DNA of 64,000 nucleotides from Rhizodiscina lignyota (taxonomy: Eukaryota), in assembly GCA_010015805.1 (NCBI GenBank), contig ML978131.1, positions 496,001-560,000 of the forward strand, read 5' to 3'. The stretch's first letter is position 1, and every line of letters begins with the position of its first letter. The notes beneath the pieces were generated by a model, which was not told the origin of the DNA, ran no database searches, and worked only from the letters and a program-made list of their open reading frames with translations. Shown piece by piece: positions 1 to 12,865 of this stretch. The position numbers and the translations under genes were made by a program.

Positions 1-953
1 GTAAGCAGAAGTGGAGACAAATTTGCGCGGAATCGTCTCAACTTTCTTCCCCCTGACATCATTTTTGCAGCTGGAAAAATGGATAGGATAATCCGATGCC
101 GAATTCCAACCCATGTCACGTGCCGCGCATACCCCTTTCGACGTCGGGCGTCCATAGCTCACACCCATTATATTGTACAGTCATTTCCTCATTATCGTAT
201 GTCGTGATTATGGTGGATACTTTGTCTATGGCTATGATACTTTGGTCTGCAGTCCCTGTGATCGCCATCAACTTTCGGCAATAGCGGACGCCCTTGATCA
301 GCTGAACCCCGGAAGCTTTATCGTCACGAAGTAGACAAGCCCATAATGAGGCATTCAGTGTCATTATGCTTCGCTGACTCCTTATATGATGTCATTGGCC
401 TTGAGGACCACTTTCTCTTCTCGCAAGTCGGGCCCTGTCTCCACTGCTACGCTACTTCAGGAGATGCAGTTCGAACGTGCGTAATCATAAGAGATGGGAC
501 TATAGGATACTCTCTCAGTCCAGTAACTCGTGAGTATTTTAGTAAGGCTTTCTGTGTAACATAAATTTGTCTTGTTTCATGTCGCCTGCCATCTTACCCC
601 CAGGAGAAGGCGGATGTGGAGAACGGACAACACCATCTTCGAAAGATTAAAAATGAAAGAGATTTAAAGACTACAAACAGTATCAGAAACCGATGATTAT
701 GGAACCCCATGGAATGCACTGAGATGCAGCAGGTGAAGTTGAGGTGGGCTTTGGGCTTTGTTGGTGAGATTGTCCAAGTTGGGAAAACCTGTGGTCACCC
801 ATCACTTCACTTGACTTAACACGACGAAACTCCCAGCCACCCGACAAACTTTTAACACATGGCGAACCTCCCAGGCAGCACTTCTATTCTCGGTGTGGTC
901 CTCTGATTCGTCAATTGGTCCTATTGACCAGCCACCTTAACGATACTTTCAAG

Positions 954-2796
954 ATGAGTCCTCCACCGGAGCCTCCAGTCTCCTTTGCTCCCGACACCTC
1001 TGCGCCCAACTCATCCGCTCCCGACTTCTCTACTCCCGACTTTGATCCCGTCGCATGGTTGCAGAAGGGTAGGAACAATCTTGCAGCGTGGCGCAAAACT
1101 ATTGAGCAGAATCAGCGGCCTCAGGTACACCGCCAGCCACAGCTCGTTGAGGACGAATTGAGCAACATGGCCAAACCAATGGCAAAAAAATCGATTGCGA
1201 AACGAGACCCGACCTTGGATAAGCTTCTCAGCTCCCCAGTCGTCAAGTTCACATTCCCAGACCTTGCGCCATATCCTTCGCCTATGCAATGTCGTGAACT
1301 CGCACCATATCACGCAAAACGAGTTCAGTTCACGCTTCACTCAATGGCGGATGATCTCTACAATCACTTGAAACTCTCAGAACTTTGGAACAAGACTGTA
1401 AGCAATATTGAACCGAGCAGCGCAAAAAAAACAGCTGACGCTTACCCGTTTTCAGCTTCGCGACGGACACAACGACTTGCTGTGGTTCCTTCACCGCGTC
1501 AATCTCGAAAAGCCGACTACGCCAGCTTCTGCCGTTAGAACCACCGCGAAAGACATGGCCTTCGGAAGTTTCTTCGACGAAGAGCTACCTTTCCCCTTGA
1601 CTCTCAAGATCTCGCCCAACACTGGCCGCATGAGGCGCCGCGTGACACCGCTCCGCTTTGGCGATCTCACCGACTTCGAAGACCTGTACTACATGATCTG
1701 GCACAAGGTGCTTACAGTCTACCAAGACTTGCGAGTAAGATATGCTTGCGGATTCATCTCACGAGAAAGCGTCATTCACCACCACGGCGTCACCCTTCGT
1801 GAAGAGAAGCCTTTCACTGTCAAGGAGCTGTCCTGGTTTCTACAAGCGGCCTGGGCAGAGCTCACTGATCCCCAACTCATTGTCGCGTTGGACTCAGCGC
1901 TCGGTGCTCGGTACCTTCAAGAGGACTTAGTCCCTGGCTACGACCCGCAAAAGCATTCGCTCGAGGATGAACTCCGTATTCGACAGGCCTACAGCAACCG
2001 TGGCCAAAACCTTCTCAAGCCGCTTCAGTACTCCCCTGGTTTGAAGGACCTTAGCTCCGCATCTCCAGTCGAAATCATCAACCAGGTGTACACCAAGCAC
2101 AAGATTATTCGCGATTGCGAAAAGGTGATCGAGCAAAGCAACAAGACTGAACGCGAGGTGCGAAAGGCAGGAATCAAGTTCCTACAACAGCGCACTCAAG
2201 CACGCACTGCTGGTCCTCCACAACCTGCGCCGGATGATCCAAAGAGCTATCCTTGTGAATGCAAGCGTGGCTGCATTTGCAAGGATCTCTGCACTGTCGA
2301 GCCCAACGGTGGATGCCTCTGTAGGATGTGGCCTGAGTTTTACTCGGCCTACGAACTGGACGAGTTTGCCGGCGAGCAACTCGAATGCGAAACTGGCACT
2401 GCAGTTGGCGAGTCCTACCTCTTCGGTACTCCTTCGAACGAGTTTGCCCAAATGCAAGTGGCTGCTATTGCTCTGTCGCGCCATCCGGTCGTGGGTCCTG
2501 AGTTGACCCGAGCTGCGAGCGACGTCCAGGATGAGATGAAGAAGTTGGAAGTGGAGTTTGCGAAGGTGGATTTGGAGAAGGCGGCGATGACACCGGCAGC
2601 GTTGACACCAAGGATGGAGAAGCTGACTATGGAGACCCCAGCCATGTTGATGACGCCTTCTCTAGTGGCGTCTTCTCAACTGGGAACTCCTGAGCCTGGA
2701 TCGGAGCCCAATACTCCATCCCACCAGCCTCGCAAGCGGTTGGCAGGCTCAATCAGGTCGCGCATGAACCTCGTCAAGCGCATCAAGCAGACTTGA
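954..2796 (+). CDS. Hypothetical protein with Cys-rich cluster (2 exons)
   Basis: ORFs 915..1538 and 1408..2796 are joined by a 58-nt intron at 1398-1455 (GTAAGC...GCTGAC...TTCAG), which restores the frame (K-T|L-R-D-G-H). First ATG is at 954. Contains CECKRGCICKDLCTVEPNGGCLC. Confidence 0.7.
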
Positions 2797-3301
2797 GAAG
2801 CTTCAGGAGAGAACGAGTGTGGAGTCCGCTACTTCTAGAATAGATGACCACGTTTCATCAAACATTGAGAGCATATATGCTTACTATAGCTGTCTAGTTG
2901 TGTGAAATAGACACACCAGAATGCAAGACAGAACCTGCTTACATCCTCTTATGTGCATTGTCGTCGACCGGGGGATAACCTCAATCTGCTATTTCAGTGA
3001 TCTCGTCGACAATAAGGAAGGTCTCTTTTCAATTGAATTGCTGACTAATTACAGGCGAAGCAGTAGTAATGGTGCCCTCGATTCCTCTTCAGCGTTCAAC
3101 GATTGGGCAAATGCCACATATCCAGGCGTACTTAAGGTGGTCTTTGGAGTCGCATGTGCACCCCTGTCAGCCACATTGATGCCAAGCCCGCCCAGTCCCA
3201 TCTTGACTGATCCCTTCGTCATGCTCATAATTTCCCGGTCATCACATTCTCATTTAGCATGCTGTAAGAACGCTCGCTGCTAGGCGCGCGCTGTCGCGAC
3301 A

Positions 3302-5315
3302 ATGCCACCCTTCAGATTCCCCTTTACCGCCACGCGTTGGCAAGTCGTCACCTATCTTCTCGGCGTCGCGCTCTTCAGCATCTCCTTCCTGGTTTTTCTC
3401 AACTCGTCTATTTCTTTCGTTATTACCGAGCGAATTGGGCAGCGCTCACGTGTCGGCGATGCTGTGGGTACATTGGGCTTCGCAGATGAGGCACTGGCCC
3501 TCCTGGCGTGTCCTTTATGGGGCATGCTGAGTGATCGCGTGGGCGTGAGGGCGGTAGCTGTCGCTGGCTACTTGATCGTTGGAGTGGCCTTAGCAGGTCT
3601 CGTCATGAGCAAGAATGTGTATCCAGACTTGCTGTTGGGCAGATTGGCCTTCAGTCTGGGTGGTGCAGCGACGTATGTGCTCAATTGCGTTTTGGTGCTA
3701 TCAAGTTTGACCTGCTAACGGACGATATGAATGCAGTGCGACAATGGTAACAGCAATCCTCCCCTCCATGACATTGCCAGTACAAGGCTCGCGGATAGAA
3801 TCGCGACCACTCAGCAGCCAGGCGAATGGCCACAACGTGACCCCATCCATTTCCTCCGAGCTTACGATCACTCCGACTCGCTACCAATCTTCCTCCTCCA
3901 GACAAGAATCGAGAGATGGACCTATTGGAGAGACTACAGACGCCTCAACATCACAATTGGCCGGTCTGGTCGGCATGTTTACAGGGTTGGGGGCACTTCT
4001 GGCACTGGTTGTCTTCCTTCCGCTGCCAGCCAGGTTCCAAAAACGAGGGGCGACATCTGGTGAAGCGGTGGCAGACAGCTTCTTCATCGTGGGGGCTGTC
4101 GCGATTGTCGTGTCTCTGTTCTGCTTCGTTGGGTTACGCAACCTACCAGGAGAGGAGCATAAGGGCTGGAGCGCGCTATTTGGCAAAATGAAGGAGGGAA
4201 ACAAGTATGATGGGTTGCCTTCCTCGTCAGAAAATGCGGAAGATGAACAGCTGCAGCTTTCGTATCTTCATCTGCTTGGTACATCGGTCCGTCTGGGGGT
4301 CCAGGATACGAACATTGGCCTGGGTTACCTGGGAGGGTTTGTCGCTCGAGCGTCCAGTGTCGCGATTTCTCTATTCATTCCTCTCTTTGTGAACGCCTAC
4401 TTCATCAGTTCTGGAATCTGCAATCCGGACCCGAATACCCCAGGAATGCCTGCTGATCCAGGAGAAGTTAAACGCCGATGCGCACAAGCCTATGTCGTGG
4501 CAGCAAAACTCACTGGCACTTCACAGCTTGTGGCGCTGATCTGTGCACCCATCTTCGGTTATTTATCCGGACGATATACGCGATTCAACGTCCCGTTACT
4601 GCTAGCCGCTTTCGCTGGGATCGCAGGATACACTGCCTTTGGATTGCTAAAGAGTCCGGATCCGTCGAGCGAAGACGGTACCGCTGGTGTCTACTTTATC
4701 GTTGCACTGCTGGGGATTAGCCAGATCGGCGCTATAGTGTGCAGTCTTGGTTTACTAGGGAGAGGAATCCAAGGAGGCGACGCTGCTCTGGACGTTGACC
4801 ATGATGCGGCTGACCAAGAAACGGTCCGTTCTGCCAGTGTTGTCCCATCTGCCATACCCGCTCAAGTCCAGCGGGCAATGCAAAGCAATGGTACACCGAT
4901 CACATCGCCTTCTCTTGCGCCATCGAGTCGTCGTGACTCCGTCGCTGCAGGTGCCAACATTGCAAGCACTGTGCTAAACGAGTCGTCTCCTCTCATCCCT
5001 TCCCACATCCGGCGAATACAACTATCTCCTCATTCATCACGAGCGCGTCTGAAGGGGTCAATTGCTGGAATCTACAGTCTAGGAGGTGGCGCAGGGATTC
5101 TACTTCTCACGAAAGCTGGAGGAGTCATGTTCGATCAGGTAGATGTCGGTGCACCTTTCTGGCTTATGGCCGGCTTCAATGGCCTGCTGTTCATTGTCGG
5201 AGTGGTCTGCAGTGTCATTGAATGGGCTAAACAAAAGCGAGAGGAGAATTTCATTTCATGGCAAAGGGATATGGAGAGGGAAAGCACGCCGGTGGATGCT
5301 GGCGGAGGCGGTTGA
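3302..5315 (+). CDS. Major facilitator superfamily transporter
   Basis: Many hydrophobic helices and an MFS motif A-like WGMLSDRVGVR. Intron 3673-3736 (GTATGT...GCTAAC...CAG) joins ORFs 3302..3718 and 3744..5315. Confidence 0.85.
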
Positions 5316-5700
5316 ACCTCGTATATGACGATCTCCAAGGGCCTAATTGAAGTTAATGAAAATCGGTACACATAAATACAAATACAACATCAAATTTCAT
5401 GAACGCTTTTTATAGCACACAAATGGGCAAGGCGGGTGATTCCGAATATCTCTCCACTGTCTTGGCAATATGATTCGCGGTAACCGGTCCCACGCGCTCG
5501 GTAAAACGAGATGCAGACTGATGAAATCTTCTCCCGCGCGGGCTGAACAATGGGCGTTCGCTCAGATTCCTCTTTCCCACCAGCATTCACTTCTTTCCGC
5601 GCTCGAGAAGCGTTCAAGCCCCACCGGCAGGCAAGGAAAAGCGCGCGAATCATGGCGACGACTACTTGATCGATCCTAGTGTCAGCACATCTGCAGTGCA

Positions 5701-7072
5701 ATGTCGAGCAGTCACAACGCCGACGCCTCTACCAGCGGAGCGGAGCAGAACGCCGAGAGAACCGGATCGTCGGAGGCAAACGCTGCGTCTGATATTCAGC
5801 AGAACGTCGTCGCGGCCGCAGGAGGGCAAGGAGCACCTCACTCATCCGCGGTTTGTGCTGTCAAATTCTGCAGATATTGTGGAGTGCGCGCTTATGGATG
5901 TAATGTAGGAGGCTGGCCCTTCAACGCAGAGCGCCTATTATCCGCCGTCGCTGTCGGACTTTACTGGGCCGGTTGCGGATAGTCACAATTCTTCGAGTAA
6001 TAGCGATACTGATTCTGCGGTTGGAGATTTCGTCTCGACGCGCAGTCAGAGCTTGAGCGAGTCTGTATTCGATTTTCGCAACGAGCATGGTAAGAATTTC
6101 CAACCATTCGATGGCAGTTCTAAGTGGGGCACGTCCTTGCACTGGCAACCCTACCGGCTCTATACTGATGAATATTCGCCATTATAACAACTAAAATCTA
6201 ACCTGCTTTGCCTAGGTCGACGCTATCATGCTTATCGCGATGGAGTCGAATACCAACTACCAAACGACGAGCAGGAACTCGACCGGCTAGATCTACAACA
6301 TCATCTATTCTATCTTACCTTACGGGGCAAACTGCAACAAAGTCCTCTTGATGAACTACCTTATGGCGTTCAAAACGTGCTCGACATAGGCACAGGCACT
6401 GGAATATGGGCAATCGACTTCGCGGACCGTTATCCAACAGCCAAGGTGATAGGCACAGATCTATCACCAGTACAGCCAGTCTACGTTCCACCTAATTGCC
6501 ATTTCTATGTTGACGACGCTACTGCTGATTGGAATTTTGATGCCCCGTTCGACTTCATCCACGGACGAATGCTGGTTGTTGCAATTAAGGATTGGTCGGC
6601 TCTCTTCCGGCAATGCTTCGACAATCTTACACCTGGTGGCTGGGTCGAGTTTCAGGATCTCAATTTCCCCTTTCGCTGTGACGATGGCAGCGCTGGGCCG
6701 GACTCGGCCGCATTGCAGTGGAGCTATAAATTTGTGGAGGGCGCAGCAAAACTAGGTATCGATATGACCGCTCCGAACAAATTCGCACAGCAGCTGGCCG
6801 AGGTCGGCTTTGTGGATGTTCAAGTAGAACGCTATGTCTGGCCGATCAATCGGTGGCCAAAAGACGAGCACGAGAAAGAGAAAGGACTATGGATGCTTCA
6901 GAATATGCAGGAGGGTCTGCAAGGCTTCTCGATGGGCATCTTCACAAAGGGATTGGGATGGAGAGCGGAGGAGGTGGAGGTCTTTCTTGCGGAAGTGCGA
7001 CGAGCGTTCAACAACCGGAAGAGTCACGTATATTTGCCGATTTGGATTGTATATGCCAGGAAACCATCTTGA
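5701..7072 (+). CDS. SAM-dependent methyltransferase, LaeA/Tam-like family
   Basis: Motifs EHG|RRYHAY, LPNDEQELDRLDLQHH, VLDIGTGTGIWAIDFA, GTDLSP, FDFIHGR and PGGWVE. Intron ~6090-6215. The 5' exon from 5701 is inferred. Confidence 0.88.
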
Positions 7073-7632
7073 TGGACACGATTGAATGTTAGATAATGTC
7101 TTAGTCTTGTCCATACTGCATTGGATGAATTTATATTTGAGATTTTTATTGGCCGTGCATCTGCTGCGGTCTGCACTGGGGCGGCAGGTGACGAAGTACC
7201 CGGCCAGGGTTGGGAGCTCCCCTGTCGACGATGGGTTGCGGGGCAACGTGCTTCCAATCAGCTCACGACCCAAAAGTCTCTCATGCAGTCAGGACACCAC
7301 CACGACACCACTGTGTACCCTTGTCAAGCTGAGGCTTCTCTCTGCAGAATCTACTCCGAGTCCGTTCGCTTTCACCACCATCATTACAGTACACGCAACC
7401 TCTCGCTCTCTAGCATTGACGTTCACGAGATACGATGCGCTCACAGCGCAACCCCGCTGTCGCTCTCCGCCAGCTTCCCCAGCTCCAATAGAGCACCGAA
7501 ACCTCTGTGTATTCACCGCCTTGCGGCTCTTGCGGTCATAGTAACTATCAGCCGCCTGTATATACAGAGCGCCTTAAGACACCGGTCCCAAGATTCGAGC
7601 GTCGGCGAACATAGCGGCCTGACCACTCCACC

Positions 7633-10278
7633 ATGTCTCCATCACCACAGCTGGACCAGCTGGCAGCGCCAGGCAGCTCGTCGTACTCTTCGAACACATT
7701 ACACGTAAGGCGCTCTGAATCTTCAAGGAATAAATGCAGAAACGCTCTTTCTAACGACCAGTAGGTTGGAGATGGCACCTGGGACTCCTCGCGCGATACA
7801 TTTCTTCTTCCCAATCTACAAGCTCTCAACTTTGCGACAATGCAATACAATGGTCAGTATACCTCATTAGACGCCGAATACAAACTGATTTCATGTTAGG
7901 CATGGCCAATCGTTTTCGAAATTTAGCGCAATACCACACTTTAATCCTAGGTCATGGAGTCCTTGCAGCCATTACATTTCTCGGCGTCGTCCCAATGGCC
8001 GTCATGATTGCACGCTTCTACCGTCGAAACCCGCGAATGGCCCTTAGATTACATATATGGATGCAGATCCTCACATTGTTTCTGACTACAATCGTCTTTG
8101 TGCTGGGGTGGTTTGCTGTCGGGCCGGAGCGCAGCTTGACAAACCCGCATCATGATGTTGGTTTGACCATCTATGTGTTGGTGTGGTTCCAAATCATATG
8201 GGGGTGGCTCACATATCGCACGGAGAAAGGGAAGCAAAGATACAAGACGCCTGTGCGATTGATGGTAAGCATGATGGGTTCGATTGATTGCGGTGGTGCT
8301 AATGAAATACCAGCTCCATCAATGGCTCGGACGGGCCACTGGCCTGCTTGCACTGGCGCAAATAGGGACCGGGATCACATTATATGGTTCTCCGAAAGCG
8401 CTGTTTATACTCTACGCGCTTGCACTCGCACTTATCATCTTCATTTACTTTGTGCTCAGTTACAGATACCAAGAGGCGCTCATTGCGGACGACAGCTACT
8501 ATACGGGGTCTAGTGTTGATGCACCACCAAGGCGCCAACGGTCTCAGCATCGCGGTCTGAAGGCTCTGGCTGGCGTAACAGCGGGAGCAATTGGCCTTGA
8601 GGCATGGAGGAGACACAGGAGAAGGTCTCGAGAAGAGACGCGTACAGACGTAATCAGTTCACGCCATAGTTCGCGTCCCTCTCGACACAGCTCACATCCC
8701 TCGGAATCGTTTGTGGACGAGAAGTTCTCTGAGCATGGCGGTCGGCAACATACGTGGCGCAACAGACTGCTGGGTGCAGCTGCAGCTGGAGGGACGATCG
8801 CTGCAATACGAGGCTTCATGAACCGTCGCAGAGGCAGGGACGACGAAATCAGCGATGTGAGCTATACACGTCCTTCAGGTGGAGTAACCACGGTCACGCA
8901 GGACGACATCAGTAGGGTGGAAAGCGGTCACGCACCCGCATCTCCTGCAAATGCTCGCCTCCATCGACCAGGAACATCTGCCGCAGTTGGCACGCCAGGA
9001 GGAAGCCCCCTGAGACGACCCAGGCCGAGACGAAGTGGAGACTCAATAAGCTCCTATACGAGTATCACAGATAGACAGGATCATCACGATAATTACGGTG
9101 TACGTGAGGGAGTTACTGCACTTGGAGTTGGAGGATTTGCAAAGTATCTGTGGAGCCGCCAAAGGAGAAGACGCGAAGATAGGAGAGTGGATGAAGTTCG
9201 GCGGCAAGATCAGATTCAAGAAGAAATTGCTCGCCGAAATAGTCGCAGACGACGCTACACCGGCGATGGATCACCTTCTGTCCGACGGCATGGTCGTCCA
9301 GTGGCTGCGGGCGGCTCTGTATTGACATTGGACGACAGCGCTCTCACCGGGAGCAATCCAGCGCTGTCACGACAGCACCTCCCTCGGCCGCCGACGGGTG
9401 GGCCGTCCACGGCCTCTCACTTACCTATCACTCCTCTCAATCCTCCCCCTTCGAACATACCGATGCCTCCTCCTCCTCCTCAATCTCAATTCACCGATCC
9501 TTTGCCTCCACCTCCACCAATAACCGATCCAGTTGTTCACGACTCTTCTGGGTCTGAGGCGTACATCTCAGCAGGTGGTGGCCAACACCGCAGACACCGC
9601 TTCCGCGACGCAGCAGCCGCAGGAGCTACTGGAGCTGCGCTAGGAACTGCGGCCGCAGCAGCTGGGGGTCGCGCACATAGTCGTGATAGCATGAACTCTC
9701 CACCAGTCAGTGTAAAAGTCAAAATGCACAACGACGGCCGCCACGTCACCCTCCGCCGCCTCAACGAACAGGAAGCGGCAGCAGAGCGCGATGCCCGCCG
9801 CCGCGAGCGCCGCAGACACCGAAACGGCAGCCTGAGCAGTCAAGACGGCAACACCACGGCCGACGAACGCTGGCGGCGAGTGGAGGCCATGGAAGCTGCG
9901 CAAGCCGCACAAGCGGGCCCGTCTGGAACGCAGCAGCACAACATCCTGCCTCCTGAAGCACACGCACCAATCCCAATGCCCATGCCGCCTCCTATGCCTA
10001 TGCCGCCGCCGCCACCGGGCCCGCCGCCACCGCAACATATGACACCGGCTCAGGCGCAGGCACAAGCTCTGTCGATGGATCTACCCCCTCCGCCACCAAT
10101 TCCGGGGTCTGGAATTGGCGGGAGCGGGATTGGAGGACATAGTCCGCCGAGTACGGGGGCGTATGGCACGGAGACGGATATCAGTAATTATGAGAGCAAT
10201 AGGAGGAGGAGGAGAGCTGAGAGGATGAAGGCTAAAGCGGCCCAAGGTGGTGGGTCGAGTAGAGTTGAGTTCCAATGA
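7633..10278 (+). CDS. Integral membrane protein: N-terminal cytochrome b561-like TM domain plus long Arg/Pro-rich disordered tail
   Basis: Spliced N-terminus MSPSPQL...TLH|VGDGTWD...YN|GMANRF. His residues lie in TM helices (LGHGVL, LHIWMQ, NPHHD, LHQWLG), as in b561 heme ligands. Introns near 7705-7764, 7852-7899 and 8264-8313. Confidence 0.75.
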
Positions 10279-12865
10279 TGAATGGAATGGGGTATGAAGG
10301 CGTATGGAAAGATGAAAATTTTATTACGAAAGGACCACTCTCTTGCAAACGAGCGTTTTGTACACGGCTCAAGCGTGCACCTCCGAATCATGAGGCAATT
10401 CAGCCCGCTGAAAGAGCAAGCTTACTCGCAAGCAAGGCGCCTTTGGGAGTGACTTTCACTGCATTGCGTGGGATTTCAGGACAGCTGGTTAGCATGTGCA
10501 GCGGACGTGGGTGTACAGTACTGATGTTATGGATAATGCAATACTAAAAATTTATAAGATCAACAACTTGGTGTGGAGACGTGAAAAACAGGCGGGCGAG
10601 AGAGGTGGCTCCATAGCTTTAGAGGCGTACCGAAACGTACCGAAACATGAACAGGAGATGATTGGGGATTTGCAAATTGCGCGATTCTTGACCCCTGCAG
10701 ACTCCTGAATGATCTTCGGAAATTTCTAGTGACTCCAACTCCACGAGTGTAGCACATGGTGGAGTGGCTCCACCGACTCACGCCCGAAATCCATCAAACA
10801 ACGTTACGCCGGAATTCGAGAAATGAGGCGTTCCGAAGAGGCTGAAAAATTCTTTCTGAGATGTGGCGAGTATCACACAGATGGCCGGGCCCTTGTCCCT
10901 GTCAATTGCACACGAAACCGCCGTCTCAGGTGTGGTTGTTGCAAGCCTCCTTAGCCCAACATCACGAGATGCACGTCGAACGCGTTCCGGAACGGGAGAT
11001 CCAAAAGCTCAGTTTCTAGAAAAGGTGTGGAACGGGACTTACGAGTCATGACATCCGCAACGTCAGAAATAAGGCTTGAAAAAAGTCGACGTGCCCAAAC
11101 CGCCGGGATGCGAGGCAAGGCAAGTGTGCATGGTGGCTGAGTTGGAGCACGTCGATATCGACCTTTGACCCTCAGTATTGTATCAACCGCTGACAAGAAA
11201 TAGCTTCCTGTCGTATCTCAATCAGCGTCGGTGCCGAAGTGAGTTCTGCATGCTTTTACCAGCCCGCGAGGAAATGGAGTTAGCTGCACCTAGGCTCGGT
11301 CAAATTTGGAGTTCCTCGACTGCCAGTTGGTTCCTCACGCGCAAGATTTGGATGATTCGCATGGTGTCCGCCTCTCGCTCGCCTTGCTACGCGCAAGACG
11401 GCCCTTTTTCACGAGAGGTGGTATATAGAGGGCATACATCGTCCCTTTCCAGGAGTTCATGAAGAAATGTACAAGGTGGTGCTATTGCATTGCTATGTGA
11501 CTCCCACCGGGCTCTCCGCTCTCGCTTTCTTGCCATCATACGATAGGGCCTTCACCTTTGGGTTTTTCGTCCTTCCACCTCCGCACCACCTGCAGAGATG
11601 GTCCAATGGCCGCCAAAAGTGTCCAACTCGGGAATGAGAGATGATTATCCTCTCCTGATGAACAGCGGAAGCATTTCTATTCACGTCCAGCGAGACCTTG
11701 TAAACACCTATCACATGCCGGAATTGCGCTGCGTCGAAGACGCACGAGCGCGCTCGTCCGCTGGGCTGCTGAAGCCGCTAGAGGTATTGCCATCCGACGT
11801 CAAATTTTCGCGGAAGCCGTGTCCAAGAGCAGCTGCCGACCCGCTCGTTCGGATGGGAGGTTTACGCGGCATTGCGATACACCTGCTCCCTCAGCTATGT
11901 GGACGGCGACTGAGCATGAAGCAGCAGCTCCATATTTGCGAATGGACATGGCAAGCAGCTATCCAATGCACTAAAAGGGACGGATTGAATCGGGCCACAT
12001 CCCTGAGGTTGCGATCAAAGGCAGGACGGCTAATCGGACGCAGGCGAATCGTTTCCTGCCTACCGCTGTCGATCTGAAGATCACCCAGATTTGAGGTGCA
12101 CGCCGGCCATCGCAAGCGGAAACAACGTTTGTTCATCACCACCAGCACTTCTACGGCGCTTCCATTATTGCGGGCCTGCGGCAGCTCCGAGCATCCGACA
12201 ATTGCAGGCGCTCCATGCACATTTTGCTGCCGCACTGCCACAGCTCAGCGCGGCGAACATCACATCCATCCATCTCGGGAGTCTGTTGAGAGCATCTGTG
12301 TTAGAGTTGACTGGTTGCAGCTGCACCTCAATGCAAGATCCTCAGCTTGACCAGGACTCGGAATGAGGCAACCCCCTCCGGCGATGACGCATTCAGCCAT
12401 TTGCCCGCCCGCCCTCACATCTCAATTCCGCCAGCACCCATGGCGGACGTCTACCTCGGACCCTAGGGCTGAAGCTTAGAGACGCACTGGCGCGCTATCA
12501 GAAGTCGCTGGGTGCGGTGGCTATCGAGGGCTAATATGGCTTGCGTGCTTGGCCGGTCTAGGCGTGTGCCCACGAAAGCCACTGGGGCTAACCGTTTACC
12601 CATGCTTTTAGTGCTCCTCCTAACCTCCTCAGCACATCAGACCATGACACAGACTCTGTACGTCCGCACAATCCGATATTCCTCGGCGCCATCACCGGCC
12701 TCTCCGCCACAGCTCCTCGTCAATGCCGGCCGATCAAAACTGCTTGCCGGCACCATGACCTAAAATGTTCCGGTTCATTTCGATGTTCCTATTGGTATTA
12801 TTCTATTTGAGGCAGCATCGGCCAGAGGCTTCCAAATCGTGCTGCCCAAACCACCAAGTTCAGCC

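Noticed and set aside
1..600. Short ORFs at the window start (e.g. 116..364 minus)
   Set aside because: Interrupted by stops with no recognisable family. It may be a decayed fragment but cannot be supported.
1398..1455. Apparent +1 frameshift at the A8 run between ORFs 915..1538 and 1408..2796
   Set aside because: Fully explained by a canonical 58-nt intron that contains the A-run.
9440..10110. CCT/CCG-rich repeats
   Set aside because: They encode polyproline tracts of the membrane protein tail and are not an independent repeat.
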